This document shows positions 25,939 to 37,255 of a stretch of DNA of 64,000 bases, piece by piece (position 1 is the stretch's first letter; each line of letters begins with the position of its first letter). Made by a program: the position numbers and the translations under genes. The DNA lies in NCBI GenBank assembly GCA_964489065.1, contig CAZAXH010000003.1:255104-319103 (forward strand), given 5' to 3'. The notes beneath the pieces were generated by a model that saw only the letters and a list, made by a program, of their open reading frames with translations, was not told where the DNA came from and ran no database searches. Source of the stretch: an uncultured Planctomycetales bacterium. GTDB taxonomy: Bacteria > Omnitrophota > Gorgyraeia > Zapsychrales > JANLHA01.

Positions 25939-26785
25939 GATTGCGTCTATTAAGAATTTCCGGAAGACCCGGCTTGTCCGATATATGTCTTTATTGCTTG
26001 CTGTTATTTTATGCAGCCCGCCTCCGGCTTATGCCCAAAAAAAAGGAGGGCCTTATACTGTTTCGGCCAGGGCCGCTATTTTTTCAAACAGCACGGACGT
26101 GGTTCGCTATTACGGCAAGAATGTTCATGCCCGGGTGGTCCCGGCCAGCACCGTCAAGGTCATGACGGCGCTTATTGTGCTGGAACGCCTGCCGCTTAAT
26201 AAAGTGGTTACAACAAGCGCCCGCGCCACCTATCCCCAGCCTTCCAAAATTTACGCCAAGGCCGGAGAGAGATTCCGGGTCCGGGATTTATTATACGCTT
26301 TAATGTTGAAGTCCGCCAACGACGTCAGCGTGATCCTGGCAGAGGCGGCCGCGGGCAGCGAAGAGAAGTTCGTTGAGCTTATGAACCAGAAAGCCCGGGA
26401 GTTGGGGGCGAAACACACGCGTTTCGCTAACCCCCACGGCTTGCCTTCAAAAGCGAAACAATACACGACTCCGTATGATATGTATCTGATTTTTCGGGCC
26501 GCTTTAAAGAATGATTTTTTCCGGCAGCTTGTTGGGACGAAGTCCCGGACGATTTATTCTTTGGAAGGCAGGAAAATTCCGCTTAAAAGTCATAATAAAA
26601 TTCTTTTCATGGACTGGAAAAAAAAGCTTCACGGGAAAACAGGATATACGAAAGAGGCCAAGGCTTGTTTTGTCGGATATCTTAAAAAGGGCAAAAGTAT
26701 TTGTATTATTGCGGTTTTCGGCTGTACTCGGCGGTGGGACGATATCAAGTATATTGTGGAACATTACGGGGGGATTGATTTGTAA
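25919..26785 (+). CDS. Serine-type D-Ala-D-Ala carboxypeptidase (PBP5/DacA-like, S11)
   Basis: Signal peptide; SxxK (PASTVKVMTA), SxN (KSANDVS) and KTG (HGKTGYT) motifs. The start may be the ATG at 25931 instead. Confidence 0.8.
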   Translation: MRSRMDKIASIKNFRKTRLVRYMSLLLAVILCSPPPAYAQKKGGPYTVSARAAIFSNSTDVVRYYGKNVHARVVPASTVKVMTALIVLERLPLNKVVTTSARATYPQPSKIYAKAGERFRVRDLLYALMLKSANDVSVILAEAAAGSEEKFVELMNQKARELGAKHTRFANPHGLPSKAKQYTTPYDMYLIFRAALKNDFFRQLVGTKSRTIYSLEGRKIPLKSHNKILFMDWKKKLHGKTGYTKEAKACFVGYLKKGKSICIIAVFGCTRRWDDIKYIVEHYGGIDL

Positions 26786-26800
26786 TGGCTGAATGTGGTT

Positions 26801-26963
26801 TTTATCCGCCTTCGCAGAAGACCACGGGACTTCTCGCGGATGAATGTGAGAGGTTTAACAAGGTCTTTTCTGCTTCGGGGATGTCCGCCCGCATGTTAAG
26901 AAGCCAGAAAACGTCGCAAAGCGAATTGTTAACAAGCGCCGCGCCTGCGGGCAAGGGGCTCGC
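26801..26963 (+). repeat. R1 intergenic repeat, copy f
   Basis: TTTATCCGCCTTCGCAGAAGACC...GAGAGGTTTAACAAGGTCTTTTCTGCTTCGGGGATGTCCGCCCGCATGTTAAGAAG...GTCGCAAAGCGAATTGTTAAC. Confidence 0.6.
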
Positions 26964-27064
26964 TAAGATTAAATCTATTGCAAATTATATATTTATGACA
27001 TAGAATGGAGCGGTTAATCGGATTTCCGCTGGGACAGAGTTTAAAAAAGAAAGGAAAGATTTTT

Positions 27065-27952
27065 ATGAATAACCGTACTTTTGTTTTGCCTGTTGTTATT
27101 GTCCTTGCCATTGCCGTTGGGGTGCTTATCACGGTTCAGAAAGTCAACAGCCCGATTATGGTCCGTTTGATCAATCAGCAGAATGAAATATTAAAAATGA
27201 ATCAGGTTGTTCAGCGTCAGTTGATGCAATTAACGACTGCCATAAACTCCCAAGATAGCCAAAATAGTGCTGGTGAAGGCGAGGCCAAGGCCGGTACGGA
27301 TCGCTTTTCCCTGGAGTCGCGGATTTCGGCTTTGGAAAAACGGATTGTTGAGTTAACCAATATAGTGCAAAGGTTGTCTGGAGGGCCCGCCGCTCAACAG
27401 CTCCCTCAGCGGCCGCAGGAAGATTATAATAAAGTATATAAACTGGATGTGGCGCATTCTCCTGTCAAAGGGAACCCGTCTGCGCCGATTACGATTGTGG
27501 ACTTTATAGATATTCAATGCCCGTATTCGACTCGATTTTATCCGGTTGTCGATGAAGTGCTCGCGGCTTATCCGGATAAGGTCAATTTTGTCGTAAAAAA
27601 TTTCCCCCTTCAGTTTCATCCTCAGGCCAGACCGGCCGCTAAAGCGGCTTTTGCGGCTGGAGAACAGGGAAAATATTATGAGATGCTCAAGTTGCTTTTG
27701 GATAATAACCGGGACCTGACGGAAGATAAATTTAAAGAATTGGCTGGACAGTTAGGGCTGAATGTCGAAAAGTTTGTGAATGATTTTAAGCAAAAAGATG
27801 CGCAATATGAACAATGGATCCAGCAGGACATAGTTTTGGGGTCTCAATCGGATGTGCGCGGGACCCCAACGTTTTTTCTGGGCGGGCGTAAAACAACGGC
27901 CAGGGATTTTTCTGGTTTCAAAACGCAAATTGAGGCCTTATTGAAACAATAA
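27065..27952 (+). CDS. Membrane-anchored DsbA-family thioredoxin-fold protein with a monothiol CPYS active site
   Basis: N-terminal TM helix and coiled-coil, then a thioredoxin fold with FIDIQCPYSTRF (CxxS, not CxxC) and a cis-Pro context (RGTPTFF). Confidence 0.7.
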   Translation: MNNRTFVLPVVIVLAIAVGVLITVQKVNSPIMVRLINQQNEILKMNQVVQRQLMQLTTAINSQDSQNSAGEGEAKAGTDRFSLESRISALEKRIVELTNIVQRLSGGPAAQQLPQRPQEDYNKVYKLDVAHSPVKGNPSAPITIVDFIDIQCPYSTRFYPVVDEVLAAYPDKVNFVVKNFPLQFHPQARPAAKAAFAAGEQGKYYEMLKLLLDNNRDLTEDKFKELAGQLGLNVEKFVNDFKQKDAQYEQWIQQDIVLGSQSDVRGTPTFFLGGRKTTARDFSGFKTQIEALLKQ

Positions 27953-28015
27953 GGTTCCGCGGATGAGGGGCTTTAATCCCCCGGCTTCAAGGGAGGGAGT
28001 CCAGGAAAATTATTG

Positions 28016-28044
28016 TTTACATTTTTAAAATTTTTTGTTAATAT
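28016..28044 (+). promoter_or_regulatory. Sigma-70-like promoter (TTTACA-N17-TAATAT)
   Basis: Near-consensus -35 and -10 hexamers with 17-nt spacing in an AT-rich intergenic region, about 100 nt upstream of the L27-like gene and glmS. Confidence 0.4.
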
Positions 28045-28150
28045 CTATTTTTCACCAGGCTAGAAAAAAGCTCTATGTTTGGTGTTTTTTTCTAAGGTTT
28101 GGGCGGGTTCAAAGTGTGTGGAATTTATCATGTAAGAGGAGGCCTTGTCG

Positions 28151-28423
28151 ATGGCGAAAAAGGGCGGTTTAACATCGAAATTTTATCGCGAGACGCGTGG
28201 AGTGAAAGTGACGGGAGGCGAATTTGTCAGAGCTGGCACGATTTTGACCCGGGAAGGAAGCAAGTGGAAACCCGGTCTTAACGTTACCGGCCAGATGCAT
28301 CTTAATGCCATATGCGATGGTACTGTTTATTTCAGCCGAAAGCGGAATAAGTACAATAAATCAGTCACTTATGTGAATGTTAATCCTATGTCTGCACCCG
28401 CAAACGAGTCAGAAAAGTCTTAA
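28151..28423 (+). CDS. rpmA: Ribosomal protein bL27-like (divergent N-terminus)
   Basis: Conserved L27 core GVKxxGGExVxAGxIlxRxxGxKxxPGxNVxxGxDxxLxAxxDGxVxF, with KKGG near the N-terminus. The canonical AHKKAGGSTRNGRDS tail is replaced by AKKGGLTSKFYRETRG. No linked rplU. Confidence 0.5.
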   Translation: MAKKGGLTSKFYRETRGVKVTGGEFVRAGTILTREGSKWKPGLNVTGQMHLNAICDGTVYFSRKRNKYNKSVTYVNVNPMSAPANESEKS

Positions 28424-28488
28424 TATCTTGCTTGTGACCTCGGATTTTTTGCAAATAACTTCCTTGTTTTAATAAGAGATAAAAACTT

Positions 28489-30321
28489 ATGTGCGGTATT
28501 ATCGGTTATATTGGTAACCGGGAAGCTCAACCGCTTCTTCTGGAGGGGTTAAAGAAATTAGAATACCGCGGGTATGATTCTGCCGGTATCGGGATTATTC
28601 CTCAAGGGAAACAGCAGATTTCGGTTCAGAAAACCCAGGGAAAGATCGCTGATCTCGTTGCGGTCCTGGAAAAAAAACCCCTTCCTCCCGGTCATGTCGG
28701 GTTGTCTCACACCCGCTGGGCTACTCACGGCGTGCCGAATCACCGCAACGCTCATCCTCATTTTGACTGTTCCCATAAATTTTTGATAGTTCATAACGGG
28801 ATTATCGAAAATTACGAAAATTTAAAAGCCAGGCTTGTTTCCCGCAAGCACGTTTTCCGGTCTGATACGGACACGGAAGTCATTGCCCATCTTATTGAAG
28901 ATTGTTTTTCCGGAGATCTCCTGGATGCGGTCCGCAAAGCTGTCAAGCAATTGCGGGGCGCGTTTGCCTTGGGGGTTATTTCTTCTTTTCAGCCGAACCA
29001 GATCGTTGCGGTCCGTATAGGATCTCCTCTTATCGTCGGGGTGGGGCGGGATGAAAATTTTATCGCTTCTGACGTGCCGGCGGTGCTGGATTCAACCAAT
29101 CGGGTGATTTACTTGGAGGACGGACACATGGCCCGCCTCACCCGGGAGCGGGTCGAAGTTTTTACTTTTGAAGGGCAACGGGTGTCTCCTACCGTGCATA
29201 AAGTGGCTTTTAATGTCGAGGCTGTACAGAAGCAGGGGTACGCCCATTTCATGCTTAAGGAGATCCACGAACAACCGGCTGTCATCGAACAGATGCTGAA
29301 GGCCCGGGTGAAGGGCGGCCGTGTTGTTTTGGACGGATTGTCCTTGAGTCAGGCACAGCTTAAGCGTGTAAAACATATTTATATTATCGCCTGCGGTACG
29401 GCGTATCATGCCGGACTGGTTGGCCGCTACTGGATCGAGGCGCTCACGCCCATCCCGGTGACGGTGGATATGGCCAGTGAATTCCGTTATAGGGATCCGA
29501 TCGTTGATAAAAACACGCTCATTATCGCGATCAGTCAATCCGGGGAGACCGCTGACACGTTAGCCGCGGTGAAAGAAGCCAAGGCGCGCGGTGCCCAACT
29601 GATTTCGATTTGTAACGTGGTCGGGTCATCCTTGGCCAGAGAATCTGAAGGTATCCTTTACACGCATGCCGGGCCGGAGATCGGCGTGGCCTCGACAAAA
29701 GCTTATGTCGCGCAGCTCTGTATGTTGTATCTTTTGGGGTTGAAATTAAGCCAGTCGTTTCATAAGATCTCCAGCCAGCAGCGGCAACAGTACATTCAAG
29801 AATTGCGGAAAGTGCCGGACCTTTATTGCGAGATTTTGCGCCGTAAGAATTCCATTCATAAAATTGCCAGGAAGAACTCTCATTTCGGCTGCTTTTTGTT
29901 TCTGGGGCGCAACATTAATTTCCCTTCGGCGTTAGAGGGGGCGCTGAAGCTGAAGGAGATTTCCTATATCCCTGCGGAGGGGTATCCGGCCGGCGAGATG
30001 AAGCATGGGCCCATTGCCTTGATCGATGAATACAGGGCGGTGATCTGTGTCGCGCCGCAGGCGTCTATCTATGAAAAAATGATTTCTAATATTCAGGAAA
30101 TCCGCGCCCGCAAGGGGAAGGTCATTGCTATCGCTACGGAAGGGGACCTGTCCATAAAAAAGCATGCCCATAATGTAATCACCGTCCCCCCTCTGGATGA
30201 AAATCTGACCCCTTTGCTTGTTGCCTTGCCTCTGCAGTTGCTCGCTTATTATATCGCCGTCCATCTTGGTTGTAATGTGGACCAGCCGCGTAATCTTGCC
30301 AAATCTGTCACTGTTGAATAA
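28489..30321 (+). CDS. glmS: Glutamine--fructose-6-phosphate aminotransferase
   Basis: N-terminal MCGIIGY (Cys2 Ntn amidotransferase) and two SIS domains. It is the typical ~610 aa and ends ...AKSVTVE. Confidence 0.95.
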   Translation: MCGIIGYIGNREAQPLLLEGLKKLEYRGYDSAGIGIIPQGKQQISVQKTQGKIADLVAVLEKKPLPPGHVGLSHTRWATHGVPNHRNAHPHFDCSHKFLIVHNGIIENYENLKARLVSRKHVFRSDTDTEVIAHLIEDCFSGDLLDAVRKAVKQLRGAFALGVISSFQPNQIVAVRIGSPLIVGVGRDENFIASDVPAVLDSTNRVIYLEDGHMARLTRERVEVFTFEGQRVSPTVHKVAFNVEAVQKQGYAHFMLKEIHEQPAVIEQMLKARVKGGRVVLDGLSLSQAQLKRVKHIYIIACGTAYHAGLVGRYWIEALTPIPVTVDMASEFRYRDPIVDKNTLIIAISQSGETADTLAAVKEAKARGAQLISICNVVGSSLARESEGILYTHAGPEIGVASTKAYVAQLCMLYLLGLKLSQSFHKISSQQRQQYIQELRKVPDLYCEILRRKNSIHKIARKNSHFGCFLFLGRNINFPSALEGALKLKEISYIPAEGYPAGEMKHGPIALIDEYRAVICVAPQASIYEKMISNIQEIRARKGKVIAIATEGDLSIKKHAHNVITVPPLDENLTPLLVALPLQLLAYYIAVHLGCNVDQPRNLAKSVTVE

Positions 30322-30441
30322 TACCCCCCTTCTTTGCTCCCCGGAGGGTTGGCCCGGGATATTTTAAAACTTTTTATTTAAGATTAACCGTTGCGGTTTT
30401 TAAAGTATAATAAAAATCATCATATAGAGAAAGGAACCGTT

Positions 30442-30882
30442 ATGGGCGGGCTGGATGCGTTGCTGGATGTACGGGAATACCCGGGGGAAGGTTATCGTTC
30501 GCTGGTGGATTTTGGGAGTTGGCGGGTGGCAGTATTAAATTACATAGAAGAATTACGGGCGGATAACCTGCGCGCCATGCAGCGCCATGACGAGACCGAT
30601 GAAGTCTTTGTCTTGCTGCGGGGCCGTTGTATCCTTTTTGTAGGGGAAGGGCAGGACGCCGTTACCGCGGTGCATGCCCGAAACATGGAGCCGTTTAAGA
30701 TATATACCGTCAAGAAAACGGCCTGGCACACGCACACCCTCACGGAAGATGCGATGGTCCTGATCGTTGAAAATCGGGACACGGATGTTCATAATTCTCC
30801 GTGTTGCCCCTTGACCGGCGAACAGAGCCGGGATATCGTTCATTTCACCCGTGCTTTATGGTCGGAGATAGGGCGGGATTGA
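30442..30882 (+). CDS. Hypothetical protein (possibly cupin-like)
   Basis: An AAAGGA RBS 7 nt upstream of the ATG at 30442. His-rich segment TAWHTHTL. No confident family. Confidence 0.45.
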   Translation: MGGLDALLDVREYPGEGYRSLVDFGSWRVAVLNYIEELRADNLRAMQRHDETDEVFVLLRGRCILFVGEGQDAVTAVHARNMEPFKIYTVKKTAWHTHTLTEDAMVLIVENRDTDVHNSPCCPLTGEQSRDIVHFTRALWSEIGRD

Positions 30883-31024
30883 AAAACACATTGCATGTCC
30901 GGAGGGAATGTCGCCGGGGCAGGAGCGCGTCCGACCCGCCCTAGATTGCGCCATCGCAGTATGGTATTGATGCGGGAACGGAACCAACGGGCAGACCATT
31001 CTAGGGATTTTGAGGGAAAACGTC

Positions 31025-31750
31025 ATGTTATATATCGTTTCAACGCCGATCGGAAATCTTAAGGATATCACGTTCCGGGCCGTGGAAGTTTTGCAGGCGG
31101 TTGATTTGATCGCGGCCGAGGACACCCGGCACAGCCGGATTCTTTTGCAGCATTATCACATCGCCACCCCGGTGACGAGTTATTTTGAGCACAATAAGTT
31201 TAAAAAAGGGGAATATCTTCTGAATGTGATGAAAGACGGACAGAGCGTGGCTTTGGTGACCGACGCCGGCACTCCGGGGATCAGTGACCCGGGGTTTCAC
31301 CTGATCCGGATGGCACGGGACAACGGCATTCCTGTGACGGTTGTCCCCGGACCCTGCGCCCTTATCGGAGCGATTTCTGTGTCTGGGCTTCCCGCGCACG
31401 CCTTTGTTTTCGAGGGGTTCCTGCCGGTGAAGTCCGCGGCCCGCCGCAGGAAATTAGCCGGGTTTAAGGACGAGGACAGGACGGTTATTTTTTATGAATC
31501 CCCGCACCGGCTGATCAAGACCCTGCAGGATTTCTGCGACGTGCTGGATAATCCGCACATGGTGTGCGTGCGCGAACTGACCAAAAAGTTTGAAGAGGTT
31601 CGGGCGGGGTCTTCCCAGGATCTTATCGGGCATTTTTCTCGGAGCAGTCCGAAAGGGGAATTCGTCCTGCTGCTGTCCCGAGGCGCCCCGGCCTGCGATT
31701 CCGTTGACTCGAAAATAAATGTGACCGAAGAAGACGGGGGGGCCTCTTGA
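31025..31750 (+). CDS. rsmI: 16S rRNA (cytidine1402-2'-O)-methyltransferase
   Basis: LYIVSTPIGNLKDIT...AAEDTRHSR...DAGTPGISDPG...FEGFLP, the tetrapyrrole-methylase-fold RsmI signature. Confidence 0.85.
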   Translation: MLYIVSTPIGNLKDITFRAVEVLQAVDLIAAEDTRHSRILLQHYHIATPVTSYFEHNKFKKGEYLLNVMKDGQSVALVTDAGTPGISDPGFHLIRMARDNGIPVTVVPGPCALIGAISVSGLPAHAFVFEGFLPVKSAARRRKLAGFKDEDRTVIFYESPHRLIKTLQDFCDVLDNPHMVCVRELTKKFEEVRAGSSQDLIGHFSRSSPKGEFVLLLSRGAPACDSVDSKINVTEEDGGAS

Positions 31751-31775
31751 CAGAAAGGGATGCGAATGGTATATT
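31747..31775 (+). promoter_or_regulatory. Consensus sigma-70 promoter (TTGACA-N17-TATATT) for the pyrR operon
   Basis: Perfect -35 hexamer and a near-perfect -10 with 17-nt spacing, placing the transcription start just before the UUUAACC of the PyrR-binding leader. Confidence 0.55.
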
Positions 31776-31782
31776 TGACTAA

Positions 31783-33430
<1,648 letters not shown>

Positions 33431-33446
33431 TGACAGGAGAAAATAC

Positions 33447-34727
33447 ATGGCGGTGTTAATCAAAAAGGCGTTTATTGTTAACGCGGATAAAATTTGCAGC
33501 CAGCCGCAGGACATCCTTATCGAGAAGGGAGTGATTGCCCGGATCGCGCCTGCGATTCCGGAGGGGCAGGCCCGGGTGATTGACGCTCAGGGGAGACACG
33601 TTTTCCCGGGGCTGATCGATCTGCATGTGCATTTGCGTCAGCCGGGTCGGGAAGACAAAGAAACCATCGAAACCGGAGCCCGGGCCGCTGTCCGGGGCGG
33701 TTTTACCACCGTCGTCTGTATGCCGAACACCAATCCCGTGATTGATAATGCGATGATTGTCGAGGCTGTGCTCAAGGAAGCCCGGCGGGTCGGATTGCTG
33801 AATATTTTTCCCGCGGGGGCGATGACCCGCGGGCAGCGTGGCGAAGAATTGACGGACATGTTTGAGCTGAAAGAGGCGGGGTGCCTGGCCCTGACGGACG
33901 ATGGCCGGAGTGTCGCCAACAGCCAAACGCTGCGGCTGGCCTTGGATTATGCGCGCATGGTCGGCCTTTTATTTATGGAACACTGTCAGGATCTCGCTTT
34001 GAGCAGCGGCGGAGTCATGAATGAGAGTTACACGTCCACTCTTTTGGGGATGAAGGGCGACCCTGTCGTGGCGGAGACCGTGATTGTCGCCCGGGACATC
34101 GAACTTGTCCATTTTTTGAATACCAGAATTCATTTGCAGCATATAAGCGCGGCCCGGTCGGTCGAGCTGATCCGCTGGGCCAAATCGCAGGGAATTCAGG
34201 TGACCGCGGAGGCGACGCCGCATCACTTCACGTTGACGGATGAAGCCGTTAAATCCTTTAATCCCAATACCAAGGTGAATCCGCCGTTAAGGACGGCCGC
34301 GGATGTGGCCGCTCTGCGGCAGGGCCTCAAAGACGGCACGATTGATTGTATCGCCACGGATCACGCGCCGCATACGGTTGAGGATAAGGAGGTCGGTTTT
34401 GATCACGCGCCGTTCGGTGTCACAGGGCTGGAGACTGCCCTGGCTTTGGGAATAACAGAGTTGGTGGCCCCGGGCGTGCTGACTTTAAGTCAGCTTGTTG
34501 ATAAAATGTCTGCGGCTCCGGCCAGGATCCTTGGCCTGGAACAGAAGGGTGCGGTTAGTGAAGGATATGCTGCGGATTTAACGATTGTCGACACGAATGA
34601 AGAATGGGTGGTCAAGGCGGAAGAGTTTATTTCTAAAGCCGTCAATTCCCCATTTATAGGCAGGCCGCTTAAAGGGAAGGTGAAAATGACTCTTTTCGGC
34701 GGAAAAATAGTTTATCAAGATGAATAG
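33447..34727 (+). CDS. pyrC: Dihydroorotase
   Basis: Metal-binding DLHVHLRQPG plus an amidohydrolase fold (…DHAPH…). 426 aa. Confidence 0.9.
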   Translation: MAVLIKKAFIVNADKICSQPQDILIEKGVIARIAPAIPEGQARVIDAQGRHVFPGLIDLHVHLRQPGREDKETIETGARAAVRGGFTTVVCMPNTNPVIDNAMIVEAVLKEARRVGLLNIFPAGAMTRGQRGEELTDMFELKEAGCLALTDDGRSVANSQTLRLALDYARMVGLLFMEHCQDLALSSGGVMNESYTSTLLGMKGDPVVAETVIVARDIELVHFLNTRIHLQHISAARSVELIRWAKSQGIQVTAEATPHHFTLTDEAVKSFNPNTKVNPPLRTAADVAALRQGLKDGTIDCIATDHAPHTVEDKEVGFDHAPFGVTGLETALALGITELVAPGVLTLSQLVDKMSAAPARILGLEQKGAVSEGYAADLTIVDTNEEWVVKAEEFISKAVNSPFIGRPLKGKVKMTLFGGKIVYQDE

Positions 34728-34993
34728 AGGCGGGAGAACGGATGGAGAGAACTGATAGCGGTGATGTCCGGCAGGGTGGAAATGCGCCGGGGTAAACTTC
34801 GAATAAAACTCTTTGACTTTTAGCCAGTTATATTTATAATCATTATTTATCCCGTGGGATTGTAGGCTCGCAGCCGTGAACAGGTCTTCCTGTGCCGGGT
34901 TGATTTGCAGGTTTTTAAAGAGATTTGTTGTCCGCAGAGATATTCTGCGGGCTTTCCCTCAAAAGTCTATCATCCGATTTTTCTAGTCGTTTA

Positions 34994-35065
34994 GGGCCCA
35001 TAGCTTAATGGATAGAGTCCAGGATTCCGGTTCCTGTGGTTCGGGTTCGACTCCCGATGGGCCCT
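34994..35065 (+). tRNA. tRNA-Arg (anticodon CCG)
   Basis: Manual cloverleaf: acceptor GGGCCCA/TGGGCCC; D arm GCTT-AATGGATA-GAGT; anticodon arm CAGGA-UUCCGGU-UCCUG; T arm TCGGG-TTCGACT-CCCGA. No encoded CCA. Confidence 0.85.
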
Positions 35066-35146
35066 CTTCTATTGAATTAAAAATCCAATAGTTTTACACA
35101 GCTTTTGCCCAATTGTGGAAAAAAATAGGTTTTTTTGAGAAAAAAT

Positions 35147-35623
35147 ATGCGTCATCAAAAGATTACTGTTTCAGTTTTGGGAAGCCATAGCCTTGATGGC
35201 ATTGTGGAGGACTTTGCCTATAATGTCGGAAAGATTATAGGTAAAATGGGGTTTGTCCTTGTTTGTGGCGGGCTTGGGGGAGTGATGGAGATTGTTTCGC
35301 GGGGGGCAAAAAATGCCGGAGGTTTGACGGTAGGATTGTTGCCCGGGACAGATAAGAATGACGCAAACCCCTATATTGACATAGCTTTACCAACATCTAT
35401 CGGGTTCGCCCGAAACGCTATGGTCGCATGTTCCGCTGATATTATTGTGGCCTTGCCGGGAAGTTACGGAACCGAATCCGAAATTTGTTACGGGTTGGTT
35501 TATAAAAGACCGGTCCTTGACCTGGGAAACTGGAATATCCCGGGCATGATTCCTGTCCAAGGGCTTGCGGATTTTGAGCGGCGTCTGCAGCAACTTGTGA
35601 AAACCGCCTTTGACGAGGCCTAA
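35147..35623 (+). CDS. TIGR00725/LOG-like Rossmann-fold protein
   Basis: ITVSVLGS...LVCGGLGGVMEIVSRGA...IVALPGSYGTESE pattern of the LOG/SLOG (lysine-decarboxylase-like) family. I prefer the ATG at 35147 over the TTG at 35135. Confidence 0.6.
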   Translation: MRHQKITVSVLGSHSLDGIVEDFAYNVGKIIGKMGFVLVCGGLGGVMEIVSRGAKNAGGLTVGLLPGTDKNDANPYIDIALPTSIGFARNAMVACSADIIVALPGSYGTESEICYGLVYKRPVLDLGNWNIPGMIPVQGLADFERRLQQLVKTAFDEA

Positions 35624-35683
35624 TCCGTACGGATGGCCCACGGAGGACCGCTTTCTTAACGGATTCATTATCTATAGCCGTCG

Positions 35684-37255
35684 ATGAAAACCGCTTTGCT
35701 ATACCGTCCTGTCTTTGTTCTTCTTTACCTGACGATCATTGGTTTGTCTGTTTACAGCCCTGTCCTCGAAGGAGATTTTATCTGCGATGATTATGTGTTC
35801 CTTTCTTATAATCATTCGATCCGGAATTTCCCTGATCTCCGGCCGATCTGGTCTTCTTTCCCGACGCGTTTCCTGGTTTTTGTCACCTTTGCTGTGAATT
35901 ACGCCCTGCACGGGTTCCGCGTGATGGGCTTTCATCTGGTAAACATTTTTATACATATTCTTAACAGCTTCCTTGTGTATTTTTTTGTCCTGCGTCTTTC
36001 TAAAAGCCCTTTTGCGCGCGGGCCGTCTGCCTGTCCCGGGGCCCTGCCCGCGTTCTGGGCAGCGCTGGTTTTTTTATGTCATCCTGTTCAAACGCAGGCG
36101 GTGGCTTATATTTTTCAACGCGCCACATGCCTAGCGACGTTTTTTTACCTGTTGACGCTGGTTTTGTATTTTAAATCACGTCAGGGAAATGGCCGTTGGG
36201 CTTACGGGCTGGCTGTCGGAAATTTTTTGTGCGCGATCTTTTGCAAGGAAATGGCGGTGACGTTGCCGGGTGCGCTTCTTTTGTGTGAATTGTTTTTTTT
36301 CAGGCCGGGCCGGGAGGAAGGGACAGGGCTGGTGCTCAGGCTGCTTCCGTTTATGTTGTTGTGCGGGGTGCTGTTGCTTGTGTTTTTTTCTTCCCGGGTC
36401 GATGAAAGCGGGTTAACGCTTAACCAACAACTGGCCGGATCGCAGTTTAGCTGGTATTTTTTTCTGACCGAAGTGAATGTCCTGCGCACATATCTGCGCC
36501 TTTTGGTGTTCCCGGCTTTTCAGCGATTTGAATATGATTATCCTGTGGTCATGAGCTTGTGGGAAATCCGGACATGGCTTTCGGCTGTTCTGCTTTTAAG
36601 CCTGTTGGGTTATGCGGGGGCGTTGTTCCGCCGCAACCGGATTTTAAGTTTTTGCATTTTCTGGTTTTTTTTAACGACGAGCGTCGAAGTGGCCGTGGTG
36701 AGCCTGGTGCACCGGGCTCTTTTGTTTGAACATTGGCTGTATTTGCCCATGGTGGGCTTTTCTATCTTTCTCGTTTCTTTTTTATGTGATAGGATTGGGG
36801 AGGCCGAGGGATTGAAACGGGTTGGTTTTGTCCTGATTTTGAGCCTGTGTGTCATGACGGTCTTAAGAAATCAGGTGTGGCGCCATGAAATCCGCTTCTG
36901 GGAATATGAGGCGGCCCTGTCTCCGCGCAAGCTTTCGGTGAATTATGAAGCCGGAGTGGCGTGTGACCGTAAAGGGTATAAGGCGAAGGCCCTTTCTTTT
37001 TATTTAAAAGCCGCGGAACTTATCGAAGATAAAAGGTCTAAAACCCGATTAGACCCCGTCACAACCGCCAAGTTATATAATAATATCGGAATTATATACA
37101 CAGCCCGGGGGGATTATCCGAAAGCACGCAGGGCCTTTGAAAAGGCGCTTTGTTTTGACGCGCTTGAGGGAGGCGTAGAGAGGAACTTAAGGATTTTGCT
37201 GGATCATGCGGACGGGGACGGCGAGGAAAAGGAGCCAAGGCCTTATGGGCAATGA
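35684..37255 (+). CDS. GT-C-fold glycosyltransferase with C-terminal TPR repeats (TMTC/PMT-like), paralog 1
   Basis: 10-11 TM helices. First periplasmic loop has the DD motif (GDFICDDYVFL), then conserved HLVNIxxH and CHPVQTQAVAYIxQRA segments. C-terminal soluble TPR region. Confidence 0.6.
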   Translation: MKTALLYRPVFVLLYLTIIGLSVYSPVLEGDFICDDYVFLSYNHSIRNFPDLRPIWSSFPTRFLVFVTFAVNYALHGFRVMGFHLVNIFIHILNSFLVYFFVLRLSKSPFARGPSACPGALPAFWAALVFLCHPVQTQAVAYIFQRATCLATFFYLLTLVLYFKSRQGNGRWAYGLAVGNFLCAIFCKEMAVTLPGALLLCELFFFRPGREEGTGLVLRLLPFMLLCGVLLLVFFSSRVDESGLTLNQQLAGSQFSWYFFLTEVNVLRTYLRLLVFPAFQRFEYDYPVVMSLWEIRTWLSAVLLLSLLGYAGALFRRNRILSFCIFWFFLTTSVEVAVVSLVHRALLFEHWLYLPMVGFSIFLVSFLCDRIGEAEGLKRVGFVLILSLCVMTVLRNQVWRHEIRFWEYEAALSPRKLSVNYEAGVACDRKGYKAKALSFYLKAAELIEDKRSKTRLDPVTTAKLYNNIGIIYTARGDYPKARRAFEKALCFDALEGGVERNLRILLDHADGDGEEKEPRPYGQ

